Of a stretch of DNA of 64,000 nucleotides, positions 1-9,534 are shown piece by piece. The position numbers and the translations under genes are program-made. Numbering within the stretch: the first letter of the stretch is position 1; the number at the start of each line of letters is the position of its first letter. Under the pieces are notes generated by a model that worked only from the letters and a program-made list of their open reading frames with translations, made no database searches and was not told where the DNA came from. The stretch comes from Verrucomicrobiota bacterium (GTDB lineage Bacteria > Verrucomicrobiota > Verrucomicrobiia > Verrucomicrobiales > V1-33): contig JBDKER010000003.1 of assembly GCA_039795165.1 (NCBI GenBank), positions 32,376 through 96,375 of the forward strand. Direction: 5' to 3'.

Positions 1-2
1 GC

Positions 3-3000
3 ATGACGCTGGCGGCCATGGGGCAGCCGAGCACGAGGACCCGCTACTGCCATCTTTTCCTCAATGGCCTTTACTGGGGGATTTACGACATTCACGAACG
101 GGCCGAGAATTCGTTTGGTGAAACCTACCTTGGCGGGAACAAGGACGATTACGACGTCATCAAGTGCGGTGACCGCTACACGCTCGACTTCAAGACAGAG
201 GCTACCGATGGCTATCTGACCACCAATCCGGACGGCAGCAAGGCGGCGTGGCGGGACCTCTGGGATCGGTCGATTGCTCACCGCACGGCACCGACCAATG
301 CGAACTATTTCCGGATGCTTGGGCGGAATCCGGATGGCACGCGGAATCCAGCCTTTCCGGTCCTCGTGGATATTGATGACCTCATTGATTACATGATGGT
401 GATCTTCTACACGGGGGACGGCGATGCCGTGCTTTCGAGCTTCCTGTCGAACAACAAGCCGAACAACTGGCATTCGATGCGCGACCGGAAGGGCGAGCGC
501 GGTTTCACCTTCTACCTGCAGGATGGCGAGCACACCCTGCTGGCTCCGAACTGGGGAGTCGACCGCACGGGTCCGTTCCTGACCCAGAGCAACAGCACGG
601 TGCCCGACTGGTCGAATCCGCAGTGGATTCACGACAGTCTTGCCCTCAATCCCGAGTACCGGTTGCGCTTTGCAGACCGTGTCCGCAGGCACTTCTTCAA
701 TGGCGGGGCCATGTCGGCAACGGTGGCCAAGCAGCGCTGGCTCGACAAGGCAGCCGGCATCAACCGTGCCATCCGCCTGTACTCGGCCCGCTACAGCAAT
801 TCCTCGACGGGCGAGTCCGCATGGAACACGCGGATCAATTTCATCCGCGACAACTTCTTCGATTCCCGTCCGGCGGTAGTGCTCGCGCAGTTCACGGCTG
901 ACAAGCTCTGGCCGTCGGTGGCGGCTCCGGATTTCTCGCAGCATGGCGGGCAGGTCCCCGGTGGATATCCTCTCGTGATCAATGCTCCGCCAGGAGCGAG
1001 AGTCTATTATACCACGGATGGAACCGATCCCCGGAGAATCGTGGAGTCGGTCCCGACTCCGAATGTCTTCAGTCCTGCCAATGCGGCCATGAACTGGCGC
1101 GTGCCGGCTTCAGCCAACGAAGGATTCACAATCGGGCCGCCGCCTCCGCCAGTGACGGATGGACTGGCGGCGCGCTGGAGGCTTGATGGCAATGGCGATG
1201 ATGCGGTCGGCGGGTTCACTGCTGTTCCTGCGGGCAATCCGGCCTACACCACGGGGCAGAACGGACAGGCCATCTCGCTCAACGGGTCGAGTCAGTACCT
1301 GAGCGTGGGCAATCCCGCGGGCCTGCAGATCACGGGGCAGATCACGATGGCGGCGTGGATCCGTCCGACTGCGAGCACGAATATCCGGAACATTCTGAGC
1401 AAGGGATTCAACACGGCTCCGAATGGCGAAATCAGTCTGCGCATCAGTGCGGGAGCGCTGGAGGTGGGAACGTGGGATGGAGCCAGTTACTTTGCGAGTT
1501 CGCCGGCGGCGGTGGTGCTCAATCAGTGGCAGCACGTCTGCGGGGTGTTTGATGGCAGCGCGTGGCGGCTCTACCGGAACGGCGAGGAGATTGCCAACTT
1601 CCCGACGACGCAGGGAGCGGTGGCGGTGGCCGGGGCGACTGCGGTCAACAATGCATGGTCGATTGGTTCGCGCGGGGGTTCCACGGAGCGGGCCTATGCC
1701 GGGCAGATTGATGAAGTTTTCCTGTACCGCCGGGGGCTGACGCCTGCGGAAGTGCGCGGGCTCTGGCAGGGAACGCAGCCGAGCGTGACCGATCCGGAAT
1801 GGTCGAAGCCCGACTATACGGTACCGGCGGCATGGCAGAATGGCACGGGCGGGATCGGATACGATACCAATCCGACGGTATCGTTTCTGCCGTGGATTGG
1901 CACCAATGTGGAGACGGCGATGCTGGGGGTGTCGCCGACGGTGCTGACGCGGCGGGAATTCACGCTGAGCGGTGCGCAGATTGCCGATACGGCGGTGCTG
2001 CAGCTGGCGGTACGGTATGACGACGGCTTTGTGGCTTATCTCAACGGGGTGAAGGTGGCGGAACGGAATGCGCCGCCTACTCCCAACGGGGCATCTGCTG
2101 CTGCTGCGGTGCGCGCCGATGCTCAGGCGATTGTGCCCGAGCGGATCGACATAAGCAACTTCATCGGGGTCCTGCGCGAGGGCCGCAATGTACTGGCTTT
2201 CCAGGCGCTCAATGCGACTGCGGCGGACAACGATCTGCTACTGGAAGCGGAATTGCAGGCGGGTGGAGAATCGGCCTTTGTGGCCGATGGAGCCCGTCAG
2301 TACACCGGCCCGGTGACCCTCTCGCAGCCCGGGATGATCCGTGCGCGGGTCTTCTCCAATGGGCAGTGGAGTGCCATGACGGAAGCCTTCTTCAGCGTGG
2401 CTACGGAACCGGCGTCGGCTTCCAATCTTGTCATCAGTGAACTGCACTACAATCCGCTGCCCCCGGCCACGGCGGGCGAGCTGGCGGTGTCCGTCGATGC
2501 CGGTGACTTTGAATTCCTTGAACTGATGAACATCCGGGCGGCCACGGCGGTTGATCTCACGGGGATCCGCTTCACGGGTGGGGTTACGACGTCGCCTCTG
2601 GGCAATGTGGTTCTGCAGCCAGGTGAGCGTGCGGTGCTGGTGAGCAATCCGGCGGCGTTTGCGGCCCGTTACGGCACGGCCTTTGCGGGTGCGCGGGTGC
2701 TTGGGGCCTACAGTGGATCCCTTTCCAATCAGGGGGAACCACTCGTGCTCAATGCAGCGGATGGCAGTGTGATCCGCGACTTCGTGTACGACGACAATGC
2801 CCCGTGGCCGGAGGAAGCCGATGGTCAGGGCCCGTCGCTTGTGCTCGTGGCTCCCGGGACGAATCCCGATCATGCGCTTCCGCAGAACTGGACGTCGAGT
2901 TCCGCCGCCGGTGGAACTCCGGGAACTTCTGCGTGGCTGGCATGGGCGGCCCAGTACGGCGTGACCGATGCGGTGGCTGATCTCGACGGTGACGGAGCGG

Positions 3001-3293
3001 AAGCTCTGCTGGAGTACGCTCTCGGCACCGATCCCGGGCAGAGCAGTCCGGCCAATGTGTCGGCCACCGTGGCTCCCGATGGCTATCTGACGGTTTCCGT
3101 GACTCATGCTGCTGCGGAGGATGTGGTCATCGAGCCGCAGCAGTCGCTGGGACTAGAGTCATGGACGGGCGGAATGATTCCGGTGTCCCGCGTGCCGGAC
3201 GGAGCGGGCCGCTTCACGAGCACGTGGCGCACGACGGAACCAGTGGGTGCCAGCCTGCGTCGGTTTGTCCGCATCAAGGCGACCCTGCGCTGA
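3..3293 (+). CDS. Large secreted multidomain protein (5'-truncated): CotH kinase domain, FN3-associated/chitobiase-like, LamG, lamin-tail domain, C-terminal DxDGDG domain
   Basis: CotH-like HLFLNGLYWGIY..ER, DIDDLIDY, NNW, DGEH; YYTTDGTDPR; LamG ITMAAWIRP/WQHVCGVFDG/GQIDEV; LTD VISELHYNP..EFLEL; ADLDGDG..LLEYALGTDP. The ORF is open from the window edge. Confidence 0.85.
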   Translation: MTLAAMGQPSTRTRYCHLFLNGLYWGIYDIHERAENSFGETYLGGNKDDYDVIKCGDRYTLDFKTEATDGYLTTNPDGSKAAWRDLWDRSIAHRTAPTNANYFRMLGRNPDGTRNPAFPVLVDIDDLIDYMMVIFYTGDGDAVLSSFLSNNKPNNWHSMRDRKGERGFTFYLQDGEHTLLAPNWGVDRTGPFLTQSNSTVPDWSNPQWIHDSLALNPEYRLRFADRVRRHFFNGGAMSATVAKQRWLDKAAGINRAIRLYSARYSNSSTGESAWNTRINFIRDNFFDSRPAVVLAQFTADKLWPSVAAPDFSQHGGQVPGGYPLVINAPPGARVYYTTDGTDPRRIVESVPTPNVFSPANAAMNWRVPASANEGFTIGPPPPPVTDGLAARWRLDGNGDDAVGGFTAVPAGNPAYTTGQNGQAISLNGSSQYLSVGNPAGLQITGQITMAAWIRPTASTNIRNILSKGFNTAPNGEISLRISAGALEVGTWDGASYFASSPAAVVLNQWQHVCGVFDGSAWRLYRNGEEIANFPTTQGAVAVAGATAVNNAWSIGSRGGSTERAYAGQIDEVFLYRRGLTPAEVRGLWQGTQPSVTDPEWSKPDYTVPAAWQNGTGGIGYDTNPTVSFLPWIGTNVETAMLGVSPTVLTRREFTLSGAQIADTAVLQLAVRYDDGFVAYLNGVKVAERNAPPTPNGASAAAAVRADAQAIVPERIDISNFIGVLREGRNVLAFQALNATAADNDLLLEAELQAGGESAFVADGARQYTGPVTLSQPGMIRARVFSNGQWSAMTEAFFSVATEPASASNLVISELHYNPLPPATAGELAVSVDAGDFEFLELMNIRAATAVDLTGIRFTGGVTTSPLGNVVLQPGERAVLVSNPAAFAARYGTAFAGARVLGAYSGSLSNQGEPLVLNAADGSVIRDFVYDDNAPWPEEADGQGPSLVLVAPGTNPDHALPQNWTSSSAAGGTPGTSAWLAWAAQYGVTDAVADLDGDGAEALLEYALGTDPGQSSPANVSATVAPDGYLTVSVTHAAAEDVVIEPQQSLGLESWTGGMIPVSRVPDGAGRFTSTWRTTEPVGASLRRFVRIKATLR

Positions 3294-3348
3294 TGATTGG
3301 CTCTCCCGCAGTCTTTTCAGGGAAGGCCCGCTGGGTGGAGCCATGCCG

Positions 3349-4383
3349 TCAGGTCGCGCTGACGATGCCGGGCCAGAGGGTGACGCCGTTGCCGGGGGTG
3401 TCCGGGAAGCGGGCGATGCCATGGTCGAGCTTGACGCCGTCGGCGATGTCGGTGGCGATGAGGACCGCTCCGTCCATGTCCACGTAATCGAGCAGCGGGA
3501 GCAGTTGCCCGATCGCGGAGATGCCGACGGTACTTTCGTTCATGCAGCCGACCATGACCTTGAGACCGAGGTTGCGGGCCTGCGTGATCATGCGCCGGGC
3601 GGGGGTCATGCCACCAGCTTTGGTGAGCTTGATGTTGATGCCATCGAAGGATGCGGCGCAGCGGGCCACGTCATCTTCCGTCTGACAGCTTTCGTCGGCC
3701 ATGAGGGGAAGGCAGCAGCGGCCGTGGAGCTGCCGCATGCCATCCCAGTCGTCGCGCGGCAGCGGTTGTTCGATGAATTCGACTCCGAGCTCCTTCATTT
3801 CCGGGGCGAAGGCGAGTGTCTGGGCCACGGTCCATGCGGTATTGGCGTCGACCCGGAAAACGGCGTCGGTATGGCGGCGCAGTTCCCGCACGATGGCGGG
3901 ATCGTCGGGAGTTCCCAGCTTGATTTTGTAGATGGGCCAGCCGGCGAATTCCTTCATCTTGGCGACCATGCGGGGAATCGTGTCGATGCCGATGGTGTAA
4001 TTGCTCGGTGGAAGCCCGGCGAGCTGCAGGCCCCAGAGGTCCCAGACCGGACGGCCGGCGCGTTTGCCCCAGAGGTCGTGGGCTGCTTCATCGAGTGCGC
4101 AGAGAGCAAAACGGTTGTCCGCCAGCAGGGGGAACAGCTCGTCCCACAGCCCGGAGGGATCGGTGAAGTCGCGCTGGGCAAGGAAGGGTTCGACCGAAGC
4201 GAGGGCCGCCCGGATGTTCGCTGGATTGAGGTGATAGGCGCGTGAGGGAGCCGCTTCTCCGTAGCCCGTGTGGGTTCCGTCGCTCAGCGAAACAAGAACA
4301 TTGTGCTGCACGGTGGTGGTGCCGTGCGTGATGGTGAAGGGATGGCGCAGCGGCAGATGGAGGTCGGTGATGGTCAGGCGCAT
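3349..4383 (-). CDS. Dipeptide epimerase (L-Ala-D/L-Glu epimerase, enolase superfamily)
   Basis: YKIKLG, RVDAN, IEQP, ADES, INIKLTK, GCMNES and DMDG motifs; start moved to MRLTITDL (CAT at 4381-4383). Confidence 0.88.
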   Translation of the reverse strand: MRLTITDLHLPLRHPFTITHGTTTVQHNVLVSLSDGTHTGYGEAAPSRAYHLNPANIRAALASVEPFLAQRDFTDPSGLWDELFPLLADNRFALCALDEAAHDLWGKRAGRPVWDLWGLQLAGLPPSNYTIGIDTIPRMVAKMKEFAGWPIYKIKLGTPDDPAIVRELRRHTDAVFRVDANTAWTVAQTLAFAPEMKELGVEFIEQPLPRDDWDGMRQLHGRCCLPLMADESCQTEDDVARCAASFDGINIKLTKAGGMTPARRMITQARNLGLKVMVGCMNESTVGISAIGQLLPLLDYVDMDGAVLIATDIADGVKLDHGIARFPDTPGNGVTLWPGIVSAT

Positions 4384-4549
4384 GAGATAGTTTCGGCCGA
4401 CCCGGTTCTTTTTCCATCGCGGGCCTGCCTTGTTTGCGAGAAATGCGCTTGGCAGCAGGTCTCCTGGTGTTAGGAGGGGGCTGCTTTCCGGTGGCAGCTG
4501 CTGCCTGGATGACTTCCCACCCAAACCAATCAATCACTGCTTGCCTCAC

Positions 4550-5314
4550 ATGATGCGTTCTCTTCCTGTTTTTTCTGCGGCCCTTGTGGCCAGTGTCTGT
4601 TCGCTGTCGCTGGCGTCGGCTGGCGAGCCTGATGGCGATGCCATTCTTCGGGCGATGTGCGACAAGCTGTCGGCGGCGCAGAGCCTTCGTTTCGAGGCTG
4701 TCCGCGAAATTGATGCGGCTCTTCTGGAGGGCCGCGATGCGGCTTCCAAGGCGACTGTTTCCGTGTCCATGCAGCGTCCTGCGCGGATTGCAGCCACTTC
4801 CGTGAGTAGCCGGGGGACCCGCCGCTTTGTGGCGGACGGAGCGAATCTTTCGGTGCTGGATGCGAAGGAGAATCTGTACGCGGTGCTTCCGATGGCGGTG
4901 GGCATTGATGGTCTGGTGCAGCGTCTGGATGCGCATTACGGTTTCACGCCGCCGCTGGCCGAGTTTGCGGTGAGCGATGTCTACGCACAGTTCCGGCGGG
5001 AGGCCCGCACGGTGAGCTATGCGGGCAAGGGTCGCCTCGGCGGTTTCCTTGGTCTGGGTGGCACGCTCTGTCATCGGCTATCCCTGAGTGGACCGCAGGC
5101 CGATGCGGAACTCTGGGTTGGTGTCGCTGACAGTCTGCCGAAGCAGCTGGTGGCGACTTTCCGGACGGAGGGTCAACCTAAGGTGCGCATCCGGTTCCGC
5201 TCATGGGAACTGAATCCGACCGTCGCTCCGGAAACCTTCACCTTCAACCCACCGACTGGGAGTGCCCGCATTGAGATGTGGACGACCCGTCAGATGCAGG
5301 CCGCGGCCCGCTGA
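4550..5314 (+). CDS. DUF2092-family periplasmic protein (LolA-like fold)
   Basis: Signal peptide; DAILRAMCDKLSAAQSLRF, MQRPARI, DGANLSVLD, C-terminal FTFNPPTGS, all typical of DUF2092. Confidence 0.75.
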   Translation: MMRSLPVFSAALVASVCSLSLASAGEPDGDAILRAMCDKLSAAQSLRFEAVREIDAALLEGRDAASKATVSVSMQRPARIAATSVSSRGTRRFVADGANLSVLDAKENLYAVLPMAVGIDGLVQRLDAHYGFTPPLAEFAVSDVYAQFRREARTVSYAGKGRLGGFLGLGGTLCHRLSLSGPQADAELWVGVADSLPKQLVATFRTEGQPKVRIRFRSWELNPTVAPETFTFNPPTGSARIEMWTTRQMQAAAR

Positions 5315-5351
5315 GCATTCACCGAATCCAAACCAACCTGATTTCACGAAA

Positions 5352-5723
5352 ATGACTGCATTTCTTTCCCGATTTCTCCCTGTGATCGTCTGTGGGGTAC
5401 TTTTCCACTCTGTGCTGTCCGTTCCGGCGGGCGTTTACGGGGTTGCTGGGCCGCGTGGAGGTGCGGTCGTGGCGACCCGTCCGGCGGTGGTGGCGCGTCC
5501 GGTGGTCGTTGCTCCACGGCCCGTGGTGGTGGCACCCCGTCCAGTAGTGGTGGCACCCCGTCCGGTAGTGGTGGCTCCGGTACTGCCGTCTGGCTACGTC
5601 CGGGTGGTGCCGGCTGGCTACCGCACGGTGATGTACCGTGGGTACAACTGCCGTTTTGTGGGTGGAGTGTACTACCGTCCGGTGATGTACCAGGGCACCT
5701 CGGTGTGGGTGGTGGTGCATTGA
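5352..5723 (+). CDS. Small exported protein with RPVVVAP repeats and a Tyr-rich C-terminal beta domain (DUF6515-like)
   Basis: Hydrophobic N-terminus; GPRGGAVV; 4x RPVVVAP; LPSGY..YRGYNC..GVYYRP. Confidence 0.65.
   Translation: MTAFLSRFLPVIVCGVLFHSVLSVPAGVYGVAGPRGGAVVATRPAVVARPVVVAPRPVVVAPRPVVVAPRPVVVAPVLPSGYVRVVPAGYRTVMYRGYNCRFVGGVYYRPVMYQGTSVWVVVH
5496..5579 (+). repeat. Four tandem 21-bp in-frame repeats encoding RPVVVAP
   Basis: cgtccggtggtcgttgctcca / cggcccgtggtggtggcaccc / cgtccagtagtggtggcaccc / cgtccggtagtggtggctccg, preceded by an 18-bp variant at 5478. Confidence 0.9.
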
Positions 5724-5808
5724 TCCTTCATCCGCGAGTCACGGCATCGCGTGGTGCGGCGGTTTCCCGCTGCCGGGCTACGGAACGTTGACCGCTGCGG
5801 ACTCATTT

Positions 5809-5855
5809 CCGGGCTTCTCCTGACCGTGCGGTTGGAGAAGCCCGGTTCCTTTTTC
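5809..5855 (+). terminator. Intrinsic terminator hairpin
   Basis: CCGGGCTTCTCC...GGAGAAGCCCGG stem followed by TTCCTTTTTC. Confidence 0.7.
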
Positions 5856-5958
5856 TGACGGTGGTTGCGGGGCAGGTTGGTTCGTGCGGTTCCTGCCGCG
5901 CCGGGGCCACGGGATCGGACGGGCGGTTATCGGGCGGGGATGGTGCCCGTTGCCGTCT

Positions 5959-7299
5959 TCAGGAAATGACGGAGAGCCGACCAGTGCTGTCGCCGAAGCG
6001 TTCCTCTTTGACGCCCATGCGGTCGAGCAGGGAGAGGTAGAGGTTGCACATGGGGGTTTCGCCGGGGAGGCGGATGTGACGACCCTGTGTGAGGGTGCCG
6101 CCGCCACCACCTGCGAGAATGACGGGGAGGTCGTCGTGATTGTGGCGATCGGGGTCGCTGATGCCGCCGCCGAAGACGATCATGCTGTTGTCGAGGAGGG
6201 AGCCATCCCCTTCCTTGGTGGCCTTCATTTTCTCGAGGAACCATGCGAGTTGGACGCTGTAGAATTCGTCGATGCGGGCGATTTTCTCGAGTTTCTCGGG
6301 ATCGCGCTGGTGGTGGGAGATGCCGTGGTGCTGGTCCGGGACGCCGATGTCCGGGAAGGTGCGGTTGGAGCCGTCGTGGGCGAGCAGGAAGGTGGCGACG
6401 CGGGTGGTGTCGGTCTGGAAGGCGAGCCACATGAGGTCGAACATGAGGCGGATGTGTTCCTGGTAGGCTTCGGGGACACCGGTGGGGCGCTGGTAATCCG
6501 GCATTTCGCGGGCGGCCTGATTGGCCTTGCTGATGCGGCGTTCGATGTCGCGCACTGAGGTCAGGTATTCGTCGAGCTTATTGCGGTCCGTCCGTCCGAG
6601 GTGCTTCTGGAGGGCCTTGGCATCGTCCATGACGAAGTCGAGGATGCTCTGATTGTAGAGGTCGCGGCGGGCGCGGGAGGCTTCTTCGCCGGCGTCGCCG
6701 CTGCCGAAGAGGCGCTCGAAGGCCAGACGCGGGTCGCGTTCCGGAGCGAGGGGCATGGTTTCGTTCTTCCATGCGAGATTGAACTGGTAGGCGCAGCTGT
6801 AGCCACTGTCGCAGTTGCCGGCGCGGCGGACTTCATCGCAGCTCAATTCGAGGGAGGGCAGGCGGGTGACTTGACCGATGGCATTGGCGGCGATCTGGTC
6901 GACGGAGACGCCGACGCGGATGTCGGCTCCGGCGGTTTTACGGGCCTGGATGCCCGTGAGGAAGGTGGCGTTGGCGCGGGCGTGGTCGCCGGCTCCGTCG
7001 CCATTGGCACGGGCCTTGTCGTGGGCGAGACCGGTGAGGACGGTGATGTCCTTTTTCACCTTGGCGAGCGGGGCGAGGGCGCGTGACAGTTCGTAATCGG
7101 TCCCATCCTGTTTCGGGGTCCAGTGCTCCATGTTTTTCCCGTTGGGGGAATAGATGAAGGCCATGCGGAGAGGGAAATGAGACTTGGCGGCGGCGGCGGC
7201 GGCACGGGCGGTCCGTGGGGCGATTGATTCCATGGCCGGGAGGGCCATGAGGGTTCCAAGGCCGCGGAGGAAGCGTCTGCGGGAAAAGTCAGGTTTCAT
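5959..7299 (-). CDS. DUF1552 domain-containing protein with Tat-like N-terminus
   Basis: SRRRFLRG; RMAFIYSPNG; SVDQIAA; CDSGYSCAY; DPRLAFERLF; HHGISHH; HNHDDLP. Confidence 0.9.
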   Translation of the reverse strand: MKPDFSRRRFLRGLGTLMALPAMESIAPRTARAAAAAAKSHFPLRMAFIYSPNGKNMEHWTPKQDGTDYELSRALAPLAKVKKDITVLTGLAHDKARANGDGAGDHARANATFLTGIQARKTAGADIRVGVSVDQIAANAIGQVTRLPSLELSCDEVRRAGNCDSGYSCAYQFNLAWKNETMPLAPERDPRLAFERLFGSGDAGEEASRARRDLYNQSILDFVMDDAKALQKHLGRTDRNKLDEYLTSVRDIERRISKANQAAREMPDYQRPTGVPEAYQEHIRLMFDLMWLAFQTDTTRVATFLLAHDGSNRTFPDIGVPDQHHGISHHQRDPEKLEKIARIDEFYSVQLAWFLEKMKATKEGDGSLLDNSMIVFGGGISDPDRHNHDDLPVILAGGGGGTLTQGRHIRLPGETPMCNLYLSLLDRMGVKEERFGDSTGRLSVIS

Positions 7300-7372
7300 G
7301 GCAGGATGGGCGGAGATGGTTGCCTTCCGGGACCGGAGTCCCGGCAGACTGATTTTCTTAGGTGTCAGAACG

Positions 7373-7399
7373 TACGCAGGAAACGGGCTGGCTGTGTCA
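7373..7399 (-). promoter_or_regulatory. Possible ECF-sigma-type promoter upstream of DUF1552 gene
   Basis: Minus strand reads TGACA-N17-GCGTA, about 75 bp upstream of the ATG; resembles ECF -35/-10 (CGT core) layouts. Confidence 0.35.
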
Positions 7400-7437
7400 G
7401 ATTCGTTGCCGTGTCCGCGGACGGCTTCATGTGAAAT

Positions 7438-7638
7438 TCATTTCCGCAGCCACGAGGAAATCAGGGTCAGAAGAGCGCTGGCGAGCAGCATGGAGGTGAT
7501 GGGGAGGTAGACGCGCACGCCGGGGCGTTCGATGAGGAAATCGCCGGGCAGCCGTCCGATGGGGATTCGGACGAGCCATTTCCATGTGAGTCCGGCGATG
7601 ACCAGGACGATTCCTGCGATGATGAGATGGCGCTGCAT
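7438..7638 (-). CDS. DUF2905-family small membrane protein
   Basis: GRLPGDFLIER...YLPITSMLLAS signature; two hydrophobic segments; start MQRHLII. Confidence 0.85.
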   Translation of the reverse strand: MQRHLIIAGIVLVIAGLTWKWLVRIPIGRLPGDFLIERPGVRVYLPITSMLLASALLTLISSWLRK

Positions 7639-7753
7639 GGGAAGATCATCCGGTGGATTCCCGGGGGCGGCAAGAAGGTCGAGGCTGCGGATTCCTGCTT
7701 GCGTGGCGGTGTCGTGGACTGGACGGAGAAGCATTCTTGTTTCGCTCACCTGC

Positions 7754-8557
7754 ATGAAGATTTTCCGAGTCAAATCCGGCACCCGAGTCAGTCTGGGCGC
7801 CCATGATCCGGACGGTGGTCCGTCGCTGGTGGCGACCAAGGACGAGGGGGCGCGGCAGTTGGAACTGATCAAGGCGGACATCCGCAATCTGCAGCGCAAG
7901 CTTTATGCGGAGCGGCGGCATCGGCTTCTTGTGATTCTCCAGGGACTGGATGGGAGCGGCAAGGACGGGACCGTGCGGCATGTCTTCACGGGCATTGATC
8001 CGCATGGGCTGCGGGTAATTTCCTTCAAGGCACCGACGGCGGATGAACTGTCGCACGATTTCCTCTGGAGGGTGCACCGGGAAGTGCCTGGCCGCGGTGA
8101 AGTGACGGTCTTCAACCGGAGTCACTATGAAGACATTGTGGCGGTTGGAGTGAAGAAGCTGGCACCGGAATCCGTGTGGAAGCGGCGGTATGAGCACGTG
8201 GTGAACTTCGAGCGATTGCTGGCGGACGAGGGCACGACGATCGTGAAGATTTTTCTGCATATATCCCCGGACGAGCAGCGGCGCAGGCTGCAGGCGCGGC
8301 TGGAGAATCCGGAGAAGCACTGGAAGTTTCATCCGGACGACCTCGCGGACCGGAAGCTCTGGCCGGAATTCATTGCGGCGTATGAGGAAGTGCTGAGCCG
8401 GACGAGTGCGGAGCATGCGCCGTGGTTCATTGTTCCGGCGAACCGGAAATGGTACCGCAACCTTGCGGTGGCGGGGATTGTGAGGGAAGCGCTGGGGCGT
8501 CTTGAGCTGAAGTTTCCGCCGCCGGCATGGGACCTGAGCGGCATGCAGATTCCGTGA
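7754..8557 (+). CDS. ppk2: Polyphosphate kinase 2 family protein
   Basis: LQGLDGSGKDG Walker A, SFKAPT, HDFLWR, FNRSHYED, KHWKF, APWFIVPANRKW. Confidence 0.92.
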   Translation: MKIFRVKSGTRVSLGAHDPDGGPSLVATKDEGARQLELIKADIRNLQRKLYAERRHRLLVILQGLDGSGKDGTVRHVFTGIDPHGLRVISFKAPTADELSHDFLWRVHREVPGRGEVTVFNRSHYEDIVAVGVKKLAPESVWKRRYEHVVNFERLLADEGTTIVKIFLHISPDEQRRRLQARLENPEKHWKFHPDDLADRKLWPEFIAAYEEVLSRTSAEHAPWFIVPANRKWYRNLAVAGIVREALGRLELKFPPPAWDLSGMQIP

Positions 8558-8563
8558 TGGGCC

Positions 8564-9427
8564 ATGCTTCCGCAGTTCACCAGTGATCCGGCGCTCCGGC
8601 TGATTCTTCCGGCGCTGACGCTGCTGCTGGCGTTCACTGGATTTCTGCGCGGGCTGGGTCGGCTGCTGGTGCTGGCGGTTTCGCTGGCGGCGGGGGCGGC
8701 GGCGGGCATGGCGTGGTTCCGCTATGGTCCGGCCCTCTGCATTCAGTGGATGGGGTCGCTGCCAGTCTGGCTGGTGAATTATGGATCGCTCATCACGGCG
8801 GTGGTGGGGGCGTGGCTGGCGCATCGTCTGCTTTCCGGGCTGGCGAGCGGGGCGGCACCGGCGGACCGCGGAGCGCGCATGCGGGGCGGCATCATTGGAA
8901 TCATTCCATCGTTGCTGCTGACGTGGGCAGGGGCCATGGCACTGCGGGTCACGGGAGCGACGGCGGGGCTGCGGGAACTTGAGGCCGCGGTGAAGTCGGG
9001 ACGGGTTCCTGCGGGTCAGCAGGCGGGACTGCTGCCGAGGATGAGTCACAGTCTGTCGACTGGCATGGTGGGCGATGTACTCAACCGGCTGGACCCGCTC
9101 TCCACTGGCCAGACGGTGCCGCTGGCATCACTGCTGGTGCTGCGGCATAGTGAGGCGGTGTGGGAACGGGCGCTCCGTCATCCCGAAGCCGCTCCGCTGG
9201 TGCAGCACTGGGCGGTGCAGAGGCTGCTGCGGGACAGTGATGTGGCGCATGCGCTGAGTTTCTCGGATTACACGCGGCTGCTGATGCTGCCCGAGATGGC
9301 CGAGGCGCTGCGTGAGCCGGTGCTGCGGGCGGCCCTGCTGGATGCCGACCTTCCCGATGTCCTGCAGGCCTGCATTACCGGGCGCGGGGCAGCGGAGGTG
9401 ATCCCGCGGGCGATTCCCGTGCCCTGA
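8564..9427 (+). CDS. Membrane protein, CvpA-like N-terminal region
   Basis: About four hydrophobic segments (TGFLRGLGR..., DRGARMRGGIIG) followed by a soluble helical domain; starts 6 bp after ppk2. Confidence 0.55.
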   Translation: MLPQFTSDPALRLILPALTLLLAFTGFLRGLGRLLVLAVSLAAGAAAGMAWFRYGPALCIQWMGSLPVWLVNYGSLITAVVGAWLAHRLLSGLASGAAPADRGARMRGGIIGIIPSLLLTWAGAMALRVTGATAGLRELEAAVKSGRVPAGQQAGLLPRMSHSLSTGMVGDVLNRLDPLSTGQTVPLASLLVLRHSEAVWERALRHPEAAPLVQHWAVQRLLRDSDVAHALSFSDYTRLLMLPEMAEALREPVLRAALLDADLPDVLQACITGRGAAEVIPRAIPVP

Positions 9428-9534
9428 GAGCCTGTTGAAAAACCGGGCCAGGCAGCGGATCCGGAGTCCATGGTGTTTGGATGAGCGGCTGCGCTGTGGT
9501 TTAGTGACGGGATCCCCTGCGGGCGGCGCGGCGT

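Noticed and set aside
3247-4245. Long shadow ORFs (also 7646-9049, 10240-11628, 15815-17356, 27381-28907, 36048-37724, 57263-58582, 59809-61029)
   Set aside because: They lie antisense to well-supported genes and have no motifs; this is expected from stop-codon scarcity in GC-rich DNA.
5478-5579. Regular repeats considered as a CRISPR array
   Set aside because: They are contiguous in-frame coding repeats with no spacers, and no cas genes are present.
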